A stretch of DNA of 64,000 nucleotides from Cystobasidiomycetes sp. EMM_F5 (lineage: Eukaryota). The stretch covers positions 1 through 64,000 of the forward strand of contig JBPGPT010000009.1 of assembly GCA_051047955.1 (NCBI GenBank), given 5' to 3'. Positions 1 to 14,024 of the stretch are shown here, one piece after another. The position numbers and the translations under genes were made by a program. The first letter of the stretch is position 1, and the number at the start of each line of letters is the position of its first letter. The notes beneath the pieces were generated by a model. That model was not told the origin of the DNA, made no database searches, and was given only the letters and a program-made list of their open reading frames with translations.

Positions 1-57
<57 letters not shown>
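1..57. repeat. (CA)n microsatellite, about 28 units, truncated by the window edge
   Basis: Perfect CA dinucleotide run from base 1. Confidence 0.98.
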
Positions 58-58
<1 letters not shown>

Positions 59-708
59 AGACCAGACAATACTTGTCCATCATTGAGACCAAAAAACAAC
101 AACACAAAATAGAAGTCAACGGAAAGATAGATTCTCAGACTGGAGTGCTTCGTTCGCTATGGAGGTAGCATTCTATCTCCACGCGTGAAAAGTTGGGGAA
201 GCAAATGAGCCGATTCAGGCAGCGCAGCTTAAGATCTGGGCAAAGTCGCCCTCTGGGCTTTGCAGCCCAAGTGCAATACCGAGATACTCATGTAGAACAG
301 CCAGCGGCTATGCACAATTTGCGCAAGCCTTCCCAATGCTCGAAAATGCACAGCCTAGTCTTTAGACGCATTCTCTTTTGTAACATTAGCTTCAAGATGT
401 GGTACTTCACAGCAATGCGCCAATTCGACCAGTTTGACACAGCCGCGTTGCGGCGATTTTGTGGAGTGGACCGAGCGTATGAGACGACCTGATGAGGGAT
501 GTGACAATAGATGAGGTTATGTGAACGGTCGTTGAATATGAACACTAGGCCGCGGCAATCAAGCCATAGATTCATACTTCCAACACTCAACAACGATTAC
601 CAGGCGCTACAGGTCACATCAAGAGTAGGCTAATAGGCCACTGAAGGATGCCTGTCACAAGCGGACGAGGAAAATCAGCACAATGTCAGAAAAGGTTGAA
701 GAGACCAT

Positions 709-3700
709 TTACCTGTACGCAACAAGATCACCATGACTATCCCGAGCCACGCCCTGCAAACCCGCATTTGGCAATATATATTCAGGTGACTGTTGCGATC
801 GCTGGGGGTATTGCTGGCCATACGCTTGGCTTGCGAAAGCTGCACCATCGGCTGGTGGCGGCGGAGAGAGCGATTGGCGAGATTTCTTGCTTCCAAATCC
901 AAACAGTCTTGACTTGCTCTTCTTGCTTCGCGCCAAGCTCTGGCTGGAGATCGACTGGTAATCCTCCATTTCTGGGCTGTACTGTTGCGCGTACTGCGGC
1001 TGATTCGTGCCGTAACTTGATTGTACAGATCGAGGATTGAGAACACTGCTGACGCTGGACAATGATCGATCCCTCCCAGATATCCGCTGCGAAAAGGCTG
1101 GAAGAATGGCATGGGTATACTGCGCATCATCGGAATTTTGCGGCGGGGGAAGAGCCGGAAGACTCTTTTCGCGTTTCAAACGATCATGATCTGCCGGCAC
1201 TTCATGGACTCTCACTGCATCCACGTGCATTGTCGCCATACCTTTCACACTGAGTAGCTCCTCGTAAGAGCTTTGCCGAATAGCAGGCATCGACATTGCG
1301 CCTGCTTGAGGCGACTGAGGTGAATTACCGGTCTTGATGGATGAGCGCCAAGAGGTGACGGAAGAGGGTCGCTGTCGAGCAAGGTCGGATGACGAGGTTG
1401 ATGGAGAGATGAAACCGTTACTACTGCCAGTGTGAAGGGTGGTAGGCACGCCAAGGGAAGTGTTACGTGCTGAAAGAGGTTGCGAAGATGTGTGTTCAGC
1501 GGGAGCAAGCACGGGAGATGTAGCTGATGATTGCGATGATGACGAGAAACTACGACGATGCGGTGGCTGGCCGGTCAAATACGAGAGGGGAGGAGGCGGA
1601 GCTAGAGGTTCGGAGTCATCATTATACTGAGCCGCGGAATAAGTTAGACCCGATTCCCGGCGGTCTACTCCCCTTCGCGACTGTTCATGCGCATTATTCA
1701 GATGCGCGGCACGTATTTGCTCCACGTCCTGTCGATCCACTGCGGATGCGTTATTATGCTGGGAGCCGAACAAAGAGTTCACGAACTTCTTAAAGCCTTT
1801 CTTCTTTTTCTTTGCGGACTTTGCCGCCGCTACGTTTTCGTCCGGACTGATGCCGCCGCTCTCATCGAGCAGGGACGCATTATCAGGCCAGGTACCTCCC
1901 GGATTGTGGGTCTGGCGTCTGAAGGCACCATAATCAGCTGCTGTAGCAGACGGTGCGATATGATTGTGCTTGTCTTGCGACATTCCAAGATGCATCTCCA
2001 GCATCGAGCCTCCGCCGAAAGAGATGACAGAAGCAGCAGCCGACCCGGAACGGCTAGAATTCCAAAAGCTGCGCCTCCAGGCTTTCGAGCTCCGTTCGCC
2101 GGACGGGCTAGAATTACCCGTGGTTACAAAGCTCTGGCGGCTTGGAGACGGACTTCTAAAGCCCGCATTGCGCACGCTCAGACTATCTGCTTGTCGCGGC
2201 AGCATGGCTGAATGAGTAGACATTCGCAGATCGTTTACGACACCATCCTGTCGGGAACGCGAGCGAGCTGCGATATTATCCATTGACGCGTTGCGGATCT
2301 TACTGGTCAATAGCGGAGAAGAAAATCGTCGTTTGGAGTCATGGGACCATGGAGCCGGATATCCGCCAATCGGACTAGGCGGCGGTACTACATCATCCTG
2401 TAAGAAAGCCGGGTTGAATGTCGCAGAATTTGGTGAAAGCTGCTGGTGCTGCGATCGTCGCTTCTGCACAACGCCTGGTTTTGTGGACAGAGGAGCAGGC
2501 GGAGAAGAGGTTGACGGTTTCTTGCTATGACGCACTTGCGCTTTGGCGCGAACTTTGGCTTCCATAGCATCGTGTGCGACATTGAGGGTCTCGACAGCCG
2601 TGCCTTTCGGTAGAACTGTCAAAGGACGTGCCAGTTGATCAACAGACGTTTTGCGTCTGCTTTCAAGTACGACGGGAGGTGAGTACGCCGCGCTTCGTCC
2701 TGGACTTTGCGGGACCATCCGAGAGATAGACTCGACCGCTCGCAAGCCTGGCATGGCATTGTCTCTGATCTGTTCGATCGCAGCCTGTTCCCGTGCGTAC
2801 TGTGTAATGCGAAGATATCCATTCTGCTCCCGAACGAAGTCCTTCAGGACCTGATACCTATGTTGAGACGTGACTTGATTCTGGAAGGTAATGTGAGTTC
2901 AGCTTCCCCGGTGTCCGGTCGAATAAATAAGCCTACCATGCTAGTCCATAGCTTGAGGCTCGGTGCAGTGAGCAGGCCACCTCCACCAATCTTTCTTCGC
3001 GGTATTGTCAAATTAGGAAATGATGTGCTTCGCGACCGCAACACTCGTTCATCACTCGTACCGCCACTCTCTCGCGACGCTCCATTACCACTTTCTTCGG
3101 TATACGGAGTTCCACTGGGCGGGCCGGGATCATCTCCGCTTGAACCTGTAGCATTCAAACGAGCTTGACTTTGAGCTTTAGCGATGGCCAGATCTTCCGC
3201 TTTGAGCGCTTCCTCGTAATCAAGATCTGAAGCTCGACTCCATATCCCTGGACCCGTCACTTCGACATCGGCCATATCTCGATCGCGCATAAGACACTCT
3301 AGGCAGATTTCCTGTCCCATTGGTCTTATTACATCCGGTTGAGCTCGAGACTGTACTGCCGCCGGGGCAAGTACACTGCCATTCACACCGATGCCAGCCA
3401 TGTTTGATGATGCCCCCATGTCGGCATTATTAGCGTATGACGCAGCAGGGTAGCCCTGTCTTCCAGAACTGCCAGAAGGATCCGCTGATATCGCTTGAGA
3501 TGCATCGAATCTAGGATGGACAGCAGGAGCAGGCCTCTGCACCGTCAGCCCGGCAGAGCCTTGAGTGACCTCGTACACTGCATTCGGATACGGCCTGACA
3601 GGACTCGGCTGCACGACATTCAAGGCCGTCGAACGAGATTGCAGCATGGCTGCTGCCTGCGGCGGCTGCATTGCGTAAGCGGTAGGTCCTCCTACGGGGT

Positions 3701-5288
3701 GCGAGTAGCGTGCGACGTTACTGCCCGCACCACCTATCGGAGGATACGGAGAAGAGGAACCGAAACCTGCATCGAGGGTAGAAGCAGCGAAAACAACAGG
3801 AGACGCTGAATATGCTGAATCCCGTAGCACCTCTGTAAAGTTCTGAGGCTGGTATGATGGGTTTTGGGCACTCGTATAAACAGACGTTGATGGGCGATTG
3901 TTCAATGCCTTCCCAATTGCATCGTCCGATGACATCGCGGCAATCTGCGAGAGCGACGGGGCAGAGTTACGCTGAGCAAGCACCGCATTTGCGAATTCGG
4001 TTCGGAAGGACCCTGTCGCAGGTGGGTATGTTTTTCCTTGTTGATTATAGGCGCGCTGCGCAGCCTGCTGACTCGGGTGTAATGCATGCGTCCGGGGCGA
4101 AGGCGGCGCTTGGTCTTGATATACACAGAGCGGCTGAGAAATAGACTGCGGAATGCCGCCTCTCGATCTCGGTCGTTGAACCGAGCTCGGGGGGGAATGA
4201 GGCGGAGATCGCTGAGACGTGCTGGGTATATTTTGCAATGATCCTATTGCGATACTTGCAGCGCCAGCAGGGCCCGATGCGGACGAACTTGGCCTGGCTG
4301 ATGGATGTGCTAGCGAGCTTTGGCGAGGAGCGGGTTCGACATTGCGTCTGGTTGGCTGCGGAGTAGTATTTGATTCGCGTTCTGGAAGGCCCGTTCCGTC
4401 CACAGACTTCCTTCTGCTACTCTGATTCGGAGAGAAGGTATTGGCAGGGCCAGCGTGTGATCTGTCTTGTAGATGTGGTGAACGCATTTTCGGCGGCGGT
4501 GAGAGCCTTTTGGCTGTAGAAGACAAGTCTACCCCGTTGACGCGCATTCTACGAATAGCACCGTCGCCTTCATCCCCTGAATCGTTTGATGAAGGTGTCC
4601 TCGACACGGACGAGGCTGAAGAGTCTGGTCTATCACTGGTGCTCGAGTCCTGTCGAGAGTATTGCAGGTGCAGCCGACTACTGCTATTATTCTTCGACTG
4701 ATTGCGCTCAGACTTGCATTCAGCGGTATCATTTCGCGAGGTTTGCGTTGTTGTAGCGATATTGGTGGTAGAGACCATTCCCGACGAGGGCCAGCTTGAT
4801 ATTGTGGATGATTCGGGAGGCGACAGCGACCTAGCGAATGTATCAGTTACAGCCTGCACGCGATTCCCGCTGACTACTGCAATATCCGGGGCTGATCTGG
4901 ATGGGGCGGCATGTATCGGCTGAGTAGAGGTTGGCAAAAACGACGAGGGTGACTGCCGCAGGGACGACAGCGACTTCCGAGGTAGGACACTCTCCAGCTT
5001 GTCAGTTTCAGCATGCATCGACCCGTCCAGCCATTGCTGCTGTCGTTCCGGCTGGGCAAATGCGCTGGGAACGGGATTTGGTCCGGCGTGCTCTGGGGCG
5101 GTAATGAAGGACGATAGCGAGTTGAGCGGAACGTGTCTCGGTATGCTGGGAGTGTGCGATGTTGTTCTCGTTGTCATTGATGGCTGCACCTCGGAGTGTG
5201 CATTCCAGCTCGCGCCAGTGTTGATTTCCATTTCCATGACCTGGCGCACATCGCTGTCTGCGACGCCGTTTCCATCATTTCCCGCCAT
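709..5288 (-). CDS. Large S/P/Q-rich hypothetical protein with a short cysteine motif (QEICLECLMRDRDMADVEVTGPGIW)
   Basis: ORFs 2844-5288 and 709-2754 join in frame through a GT-AG intron at 2881-2936 (LWTSM^NQVTSQHRY...DNAMPG). Confidence 0.8.
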
Positions 5289-5690
5289 GATTCTCTTGCA
5301 TGCTCCCTGCTTTGCGTATTGTAATGCGCCGTCTTGGTCTCTTTCGACTCCAACGACGTCTTGCTTTGTCTCACGCTTCGCCGACTTCGGGAATCGTTGA
5401 CGAGCGAGTATGTACGCTGAGCTGAGCTTTGCGCAGTGCTTGCCCTCTCCTTCACTCGGTCAAGTGCAGCATGATGGCAGGTGTTTTATTCGAGTCCGCA
5501 GTCTTCAGGCATTCAAATCAGCAAAACGTGTCAGCACAATCAAGCAAAGTTGTAATAATAATCATGTACACAGGTTCATTAGACCCGTTAACTACAGAGC
5601 TCGACTTTCTGTTGCGTCTGCTCTTGTTTGCGTAGACTTGTCTGTCCTCGAGCTTGCTTTGACTCCCACGCGTATCGAACACTGCCAGTG

Positions 5691-7258
5691 ATGGCAGACG
5701 ACGCTGGCGAGTGGATAGTCTACAAGGATACCGCTGATGATGAAAAGTCAAAGGCTGCTTTCGAGGGTGAGGGCAACGCATGTCGCGCTTCCGAAAGTCG
5801 CGTAAACATTGACATGTGTCCGTTTACATCATATTGTGATGTATACTCTGATGCCCTGTGTTTCAATGATTATGCACTCATGATATCTCACTTTTATTGT
5901 TCAAATCCACTGCTCCCCCGCTTTCCAATGCCGTGCATCATACTGGCGCATCCTAAGAATGGCTGACAAAATACAGACCCTCCAAGCCAGACTGGCAAAA
6001 CTACGCGTGGATATGGCGAGTCAGGATGATCCGGTAGACTAGGCCAATGCCTGACGCATATCATCCCTGACATTCAGCGTCAGAGGGCCCGGCAAAGATA
6101 ATGATAGCACGCACGCAGAACAAGCAGACTTTGGCGAAAAAGCAGAAAAGATTGCGGCAGAAGTAGCAGCTCGTGTACAAGAGATTGAGCAGGATCCGGA
6201 TATTCCAGTTCGAGCGAGCAAGAAGAATCCCACCAGTCAGTCTCCTTCCATTCTATGGACACGTCTCAATTCTGTTTACCCTATACACACTATCCATGTA
6301 TTTGATTACAGACAAGAAGATTGCACGAGAGCAAGCACATCAGCAAGCAGCCACGCGTCTACACAATCTAGCCGTAGACTGCAAGGATACCGTTGGAAAG
6401 TGGTTGTTCTACATCACGACAGACAATATCGATCCAGTCTGGGAGAAGATTGCGAGGGCTATCGTAGAGCCGGAGGGAGTGCTCCGCGGAAAAGCAATAA
6501 GCGCAAAGACGAGTCCTTATCAGCTCCAGGTCTTGGACGAGGCAAGTCATACCACTAGCGATGTACAATGCATATCTGATATACTCCCTTCTCAATTTAT
6601 AGGAGAAGCCCACTCACGTCATATGCGTGTACATTGGTGAGCTACACATACATCCTCCTTGTGTGAGGCACCTCGCTTATCTGCTCGACGTACGCAGCCG
6701 ACTCGTGGGACAAGAAGATTGTCGGCGACGTGTTTGAGATTCTCGTTCGGAAATTGGGATTGGTCTCGGTGCGTGTGCTCAAAATCGCATCTTGTCCACT
6801 GACTCTGATGTAATACTGTTTCAGAATGCATACAAGGGTGAATCACTACAAAGCGCTTAGCATGAGTGTGACGACAGACTGATCACGTTGCTGTAACATC
6901 GTCAGCCGATGTGTACACGGCTGCTGGGATCGACTCGAAACACCCATCCAAGATGAAGAGGTCGGTGAAGGTTTACCTCCCCCTCTATTCCCATCAGCTC
7001 ACTAACTAATGCTCTGCAAACGTCCACAGTACCCTCTACAACAAGAAAGACTTTATGACTGATCAAGAAGTGACCGATGCTTTGGAAGCTCGCAAGAAGC
7101 CTCTCGACGCAGAAGGTAAACCAAAAGAGGTCAAGGTGACGAAAGCCCAAGCGCAAGGGACTGGGTTCCTAGATGACGATAGTGATGCGACCGAGGGTAG
7201 CGGTGATGACGCAAGCAAAAAGGAGGCTCCGGTAGCCAAAAAGCAGAAGAAGGCCTAG
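5691..7258 (+). CDS. DUF1917/UPF0696 (BLES03-like, eIF4E-like fold) protein, multi-exon
   Basis: Spliced motifs EWLTKYRPS..AWI, GKWLFY..IDPVWEKIA, SAKTSP, HVICVY, DVYTAAGIDSKHPS; acidic/basic tail. Confidence 0.7.
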
Positions 7259-7450
7259 ACCCACAAACAGTGCATTCATTCAAACATGTTGTTACGCTAG
7301 AATGACTTCAGGCTACCTTTAGTTGCAGCAGTACTTTGTAGGAGTGGAAGTAGACGTAGCAGAGATGTTGAACAGTACATGGCTGCGTGGTAGTAATGTT
7401 GTTGGTTCTGTACAACGCCTGTCCTTCCTCAGCCTCGTCGCGCACGGTCC

Positions 7451-9820
7451 TCAGATTATCTGAAGCGTATCCGCAACCATCTCTCGTGAAACAAATCTCC
7501 ACATATCGTCATTGCGTAGCGCCTTCCAAGCTGCATCAACCCCGCATGGCTCTTGTTGCCTCTCTGTGATGCGGCGATAGATTGGCTCCAGGTGGTCACG
7601 CAGCAATTCGGGCATGACGAGTGAGTATGTCTCCTCGCCAGCCGACGGATATACTGTTGTACCCGAGCGTGGTGCTCGCAGGCTGCATGTACAGCTCATG
7701 GCAGTCAGAACTGAACGTCCCGCTTGCCGTGTAGCAGACGAGTTTTTCAAAATGCTCCCAGCTGCAATGAAGCCAGGTAGTACATTCTCCTTCTTGGGTG
7801 TTAGAGCTGCAAGAGCGCTGACAGCCGATCCCAAGCGGGACTTTGTCGGTGTCGTCATTGTTGCCGCTTGTAACACATCCGCTTCTTCACCTGCGCAAAC
7901 ACACTCTAGCTTGTACATTCCAGCTCGAGGCGTGCTCTCGCCTTTTGTGCTCTTTATTGCCTCGGCTGGCCAAACCATAACGATGCCGTCTTCGATTAAC
8001 CGTTTGATGATCCAATTCCACAGTCGCTTCTTGTAAAGAGACAATTCTTCCGGCTTAATTGATACTTTCTGTCGATCTTGTGACTCTCGCCGCTGACTTT
8101 GATGAACGGGTGACGATGACGGCAATATCAGAGAATTGGCAGCTGCCCGCGCTCCGACTTGTGAATGGGAGGGACGATGGCCGCTGATGTGTTTCAATGA
8201 AACCGCCTGTGCCGCTTGTACAGCTTCCAACTTTGAGCATTTACTCGCCAGCCAATCCAGCTTTGGATCAGACTGCAATTCTGAAAGTACAAATCTGGCA
8301 GCAGTAGAGTCGCTGGCCGTACGATTGGATGCTTTGGATGTCGATGTGGTCAATGCTCGAACGTGTTGATGTACGTAAAGATAGAAGATTGGCTTGTCAA
8401 TATTGCGTTTAGACTCGGCTAATGTTCGCAAAGAAGGCAATTTGCCTCGCTTCTTGGAGCCCGATCGAGAGTCAAGCGTATATGAGTATGAGCCGTCCAC
8501 TTGCGACATATCGGTCTGTTTGAAGCATTGGACAGCGACAGTCCATCAGTCCTGTTTCATCACGAATTGTTGGTAATGCTCACCAGACCACTAGCGGTAC
8601 TCGAGTCGACAATGGTCGTCTTGTCGTTCGTTGTAATCTGAGACGCCGAACTATCGGATGAGGATGGTTTACTGCTAGTCCGGTCATCGAGCGCCATCCT
8701 CTGCGCTTCTGTAGAGCCGTCCAAGTCCAGGAGTTGCGCTACGGCCGTAGATTTGTGATAAAGATCCCTTTTCGCATTCCGCACTGCCACTGTGTGATGC
8801 CATTCAACGTACCGCGCTTGGTCGTTGGCAATCACCGTCACCGTTTTTGCGTCTATTTGCCGCTCCTCCCACACTTTTGGATTCCGGACGATGTTGCCAG
8901 TGATGCGCAAGACGGTACCATCTTCGTAGATAGGGACTGGATTAGTTGTAACTGGACGAGGAACATGCACAGAAACGGGCGGAGGAGGCTCCTTGTATCG
9001 ATAGATCCATAAGCGTGGGTCTGACTGCTCCTGTTTCCCGTCACTAGTGCTGGCTGATGCGGACGCGCAAGGCGGATCAATGGAGCTGCTGTCAGTCGAC
9101 GGCGTACTTTGCGCGGACGGAAAGCATGCTGTAAACTGCTGCTGGACACCAAGATTATACATCTTGCCGGGATGCACCATGCAGGTTATCGCATCGCCTG
9201 TACCGTCATCCACTATACCGCCATCAGCAAGTCTTCCCGCCCTGACAGCACTCGCGCTTACTCTCATAGAAGATTAGGCTGATCGTCTCTTTCTGTACTT
9301 CAATCTCCGCATCCAGCTCTTGTTGTGTTGCTTTACCCTTGCCTTTGCGATCGATAAAGCCACCGGCAATTGCCTCTCGTGTTGTGACACGCCTTCTGAT
9401 GTTCATGTATGCTATATACTTCTTCACGACAGTCGCGACAATCTCGCATCGTTCAAACGGCAGCGAGCCGATCATGCAGCATGCTGCCGTTGTTGGCGTA
9501 TTGCTGCTGCGGCTCGTTGAGCTTGGCAATCGCAGTCGTCCGGTCCTGACTGGTGGAGGGATCCGTTCGCCCTGCGCATCCACGGATCCAGTGATGTCTG
9601 CTACGGACAGCTTGGGTATAGCTCGGCTCGACTTGAGAAAGAGTAGCAGACGCTGGATTTCCACAGCGGACAGGTTTAATGTTTGCCTTGAAGAGCTCGC
9701 GATGCTGCCTTGAGACGCATCGTGTATGCTGCTTTGCGTCGACCTGTGCTGGCTTTGCGGCTCCTTCGTCGAGCGTTCTCGTCCACCGTACTTGGCGGCA
9801 CTGAATGCACTCGTCAGCAT
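7451..9820 (-). CDS. Stn1-like OB-fold protein (putative CST complex subunit)
   Basis: OB-fold elements CEIVATVV, DDGTGDAITC, VLRITGNI..RQI, EWHH spread over three ORFs joined by GT-AG introns; start codon uncertain. Confidence 0.6.
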
Positions 9821-10211
9821 GGTGCCAGATCCTGAAGAGACCAGCATAACTGCGCTATCAGCATCGATGTCGTCCAGGCATAATTGTCGTTTGGTCAAGA
9901 TGGATATCATTGGGCGTGGCGGGCACAAGCAGCCCAAGACCCAAGATATGCAAAAGTCGAAGTCTGAGGCTCCAAAGCAATGTAGCATGTATTCTAAACC
10001 TCTATGCTGCTGTGCCTTTATGGTCTCTACAATGAAAGGCGATGTTTCGACGACTTAGGTTCTCAGCAGACACGGGTGGCGTCAATAGCACACGCGTCGT
10101 GAACACGTCGAGAGAATCCAAAACATTGGACACTGTGACCAGTCTGGAACTCTCACACTCAGTGCTTGACCGCATAAGAGATGCACGCTGCTCAACGCCA
10201 TTTTCTGACAT

Positions 10212-11331
10212 CTACGCGATCTTCTCCTCCTGTTCCAATGTCTCCACGCTAGGACTGTACTTGTCTTGCAGAGCCTTGTCATAGCTCAGCTCTAAGATTT
10301 CCGGACCCCACCATTCGCCCCAGCTGGTCAAGAAGATCTGATTGGGATCCTGCGGGAAATCGTTTCGATGGAGAGCGGCAATCAACGATTGTGCACCTGG
10401 ATCCAGAATCAATAATGCGCGGCAGGTCTTCTGGTTCGGATACTCACCCTCCCCAACACTTTTAGCGTCAGGCATCTTGCTCATGTCTGGTATCTTTGAA
10501 GGATCGAAATGACGACCGAGACCCGTACCCGGAATCATGCCAGGAGAGACGGCCACTACATCACATTTTCCCTGCAACTGTCTCCGCCAGTAGTGCGCAT
10601 TCAACAGCTGCACAAACTTGGACGCTGGGTAAACGGCAAACGGGTCTGGATTGGACTGTGCTTTTAATGCAGAATCAAGCGTGCCTGCAGCGTATCGGTA
10701 TCATTTTCAGCATCATTTTCAGCTATTTTCGCTTGCCCATGATACGACTCACTCGTGTCTTTCACACCTCTGACCGCTCCAGAGGAAACAACAACGATGC
10801 GAGACCTGGACTCTTCCAGCTTACTTCGCAATAGGGAAATGAGGTAGTGTTGCGCTTTAGGACATGGATGCTGTCAGCGGCTACGAAGGTTCTGATGATT
10901 GAGCACACTTACACAGATGATTGACAATGTAGGATTCACACCATTGCGAGCCATTGATACCCGGTTCGTCCGCAGGCTTGATCAAAGCAGCATTGAGGAA
11001 GAGATAGTCGAGCTTGTCGCGACCAAGAGCTTCTTGGACTTTGTGTGCAAACGTCTTTACTCCGGCGAGTTGAGCAAGGTCCAGCGGGAGCAGCGTGAAT
11101 GTGTGAGTCTGTTTATCATAGGCAACCTGATCCAAGGCGCTCTCAGTGCGCCCAGCATCCCGGCATCCGAGAATGAATCTGTATGGCGTAGATTGCTGCA
11201 GCAGCTGCTTTATGACTTCGAAGCCCTATTCGTGCCGCTTGCGTCAGTGAGGCTCTGTGCCTGTCTGGCATACGGCGTACCAGGCCAGACGTAGCGCCAG
11301 TAGCAACCACGGTCTTTGCGATACTGCCCAT
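10212..11331 (-). CDS. Short-chain dehydrogenase/reductase, multi-exon
   Basis: N-terminal TVVATGATSGLG Rossmann motif, LDLA, LDYLFLNAA, VNHL, VAVSPGMIP. Confidence 0.85.
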
Positions 11332-11730
11332 CTCGATGCAATCAGTGCGCAAAGGCTAGTTGAGTACGAGCAGAGTCCAGCAGTCTTCGAGCAAAAGCGG
11401 GCTTTGCATGCTCGGCATCTGAGTGGTGACAAAGCACGGGCCGAACGCGCATGTCGAGACGACTCTATTTTGTTGAAGCGTGCTGGCAGGTGCAGCGGTA
11501 TTGGTGTATAGGCGGGCGAGGTGGGCCAGTATGAGAATAATGAGAGTCCGGTCAAGGCGCTCAGTCGCTGTAACAACGCGACGGCCGAAATCAACTTTCG
11601 TGACAGCTCAACAATATATAATGCTACAAGCACATGTAATGACCTTCCAAGCTTATAAAGGCTCATAGCTACGAAAAACATGCCTGACTCCCACTGATTA
11701 ACTGACGCGGGCATGGCCGCAGCCCCACTT

Positions 11731-13790
11731 CTACCGATTACCCATATGCGTGAATGCAGGATTTGTTTGTCGAGTATCGACCGGTACCAAGCCGTGCGCG
11801 TCAATGGTAGAGTACAGGTCCATCGGTCGACATAGGCCTGAAATAATATTATCAATGCGTCTTGAGTACGCATACGGATTAGCTGGTTTGCCAGTTGTGC
11901 TCGAAGGGTATCGTGGCCGAAGCTGCCAGACACGAAAGCTTTATGAGCATGGACAGAGGAGAAGGATGTCGCAACGCAACTTACCATCTCAATCGTAGTA
12001 CGACCGAGCCAAATTAAACGAGTGTGATAGACTAGCAAACCGATAATAGGAAGAGCAGTAAATATAGTGATAGCGAGGACTGCCAGGGTGCCAGCTGTTC
12101 TCCAGTCTTTTAGAAAGGCGTTTGCCCCTACAGCTGTAGCACGAATGACCAAATGCGCAACCGACACGCCAACGACCAACAATGCGCATAGAGTCGTACT
12201 GATCAAAAAGACCATGAAGGATGTATAATTCCGTCTCCCGATGCAATTATTGAGGAAGGAGCAGTGATGGTCTGTCTGCTCGGTACACACATCGCATAAT
12301 CGACAGTGTGACGTTCTCGGAGGCCGATACGTTTGGCAAGTTTCACACCACTTGCTTGAAACGACTTCGTCCCTAACTCGCAGCATGCGGAGCTGAGCCC
12401 TGGATCCCATACCAGTGCCGGTGAGATCGTCGACTCCGCCCACAGGGACTGCATATGTCTCCAGATCTGGATCTCGGTGCAGGCCTTTTGGAATGATGCC
12501 TGGATCACGAAGTGCTGTCCGAAGCATATTGAGCCACATCATGATCGTAAGGTAAGCGAAGATGATGGTGATTGCCCTGCCCGCGACAGTTCCGATCGAA
12601 ATTCCTGACGTGGATGACCCAGAATTCCACAACCATTGGCTTTCAAAGGCGAAGAAAGCAGCTGGCAAAAGCAGCATGACGGCAAGGCTAGCCAAGAAGG
12701 GAAATGGTGAGTCTCCGGACGTGATCAGTCGGCCAGACAAGTAGAATCGAGTATTCCCTCCAGTCAACTCAGATCCATAACCTAGAGCTTGCTTCACTTC
12801 CGCGCTAGCCGTATTGTCAGAAGTATGTTTCGGCCTGGTTGCCAGCTTCGTGGCTTTTTGGCCCGCGCGATAGGCTTGGTAATTACGAAGAGGCTTGTGT
12901 GCATCCGCGTCTGTAACATGTACAACCGCATGAGGTCCGCTTCCACGTACAGCGCCATCTTTCGCATTCAAGTCGCGTTGTAGATGAAGGTTCTTGTTCA
13001 GCATATGCTGCTGTCGGCTATCTACCTTCTCGTTCAGATCTCTGGTCGCGTGAACAAGTCCACCACTGTGATTCGTTGGTGAGCGCTTTTCTGACCGAAA
13101 GGGATCGTTTGTGTCCTTGTTTCGCCCGGACAAGCTTGAATTGTTTGTCACAAATCCAAGAAGCGAGCCTATACTGCTAGTCTTGCTACCGTGACGCTTG
13201 TTGTTCTTCCTGACGGGACTTTCCGGCAATGTCGGCATCGCTGTAGTACGCTCAAGCAGTAGCGGTTCCCTGCTTGCTTTGCTGGCAATGGTCTCCTGCC
13301 TACTCTCCGCTCTAGCATGCCCGCTTCTGTGGCTGCTATTCCGACTGAGATCAACATCTGGGACACCCGGTACATTGAGTACAGCGTAGTCGTTATTGAC
13401 GTTCTGATAGATTTGTTCAGGCAATGTCGGTAGTCTCGCTTCGGCAGCGCTGATGTGAAGTACATCTGTACCGACATTCGTATAATGCGAGGAAGCTGAG
13501 GATGGAGAGGGGATAGAGGATACAGACGTCCTTGCCTGAGTACTCGACTTTGCTTGGCGAGGTCGTCGTGGGTTCAGGAAAGATGACGGGGGTAGTATGG
13601 ATGGTGATTGGCTAGATCTGGAGGTCGAAGAGGCGCTGGAGAAGCGACTCCCAGGCAACAAGGTCGTAGACCCATGGCTCTGCGGGGTGCTTGCAGCTCC
13701 TGAGCCCGGTACCGCTGGCGAAACCGATATTCGAGCTGATCGCAGGGCTGAAGGCAATGATATGGACGGCGAATCCGTCCTAGAGGTCAT
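11731..13790 (-). CDS. ERF2: DHHC palmitoyltransferase, Erf2-like
   Basis: WCETCQTYRPPRTSHCRLCDVCTEQTDHHCSFLNNCIGRRNY, four TM segments, GNTRFYLSGR motif; intron after TTIEM gives last exon LRPRYP..NPY..stop at 11731. Confidence 0.85.
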
Positions 13791-14024
13791 CTTTGCATAC
13801 TCATGTTGTCAAAGGTGCAGCAAACACTAGGTGGCAGGGCCACGAGTTGTTGGCAAAAATTCAGGAACGACATGTATTTCGGTCAGCAACAAAAAGTCGA
13901 GAACCAAACCATACATTGTGGAAGCTTCGCCCACTCTATAGCTAACAACAGAAGCTTACTACTGCAAAGCAAAACTCGACAAAGCCCTACTGACATCTGA
14001 GCGCCTGGGAAGCGCCAACACAAC

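Noticed and set aside
1..57. CA run as a telomere
   Set aside because: It is a pure dinucleotide repeat, not a TTAGGG-type repeat; an ordinary microsatellite
11244..11985. Apparent long C-terminal extension of the 848-aa DHHC ORF reaching the SDR gene
   Set aside because: The ORF reads through an intron; the spliced last exon in another frame has the expected NPY motif and stops at 11731
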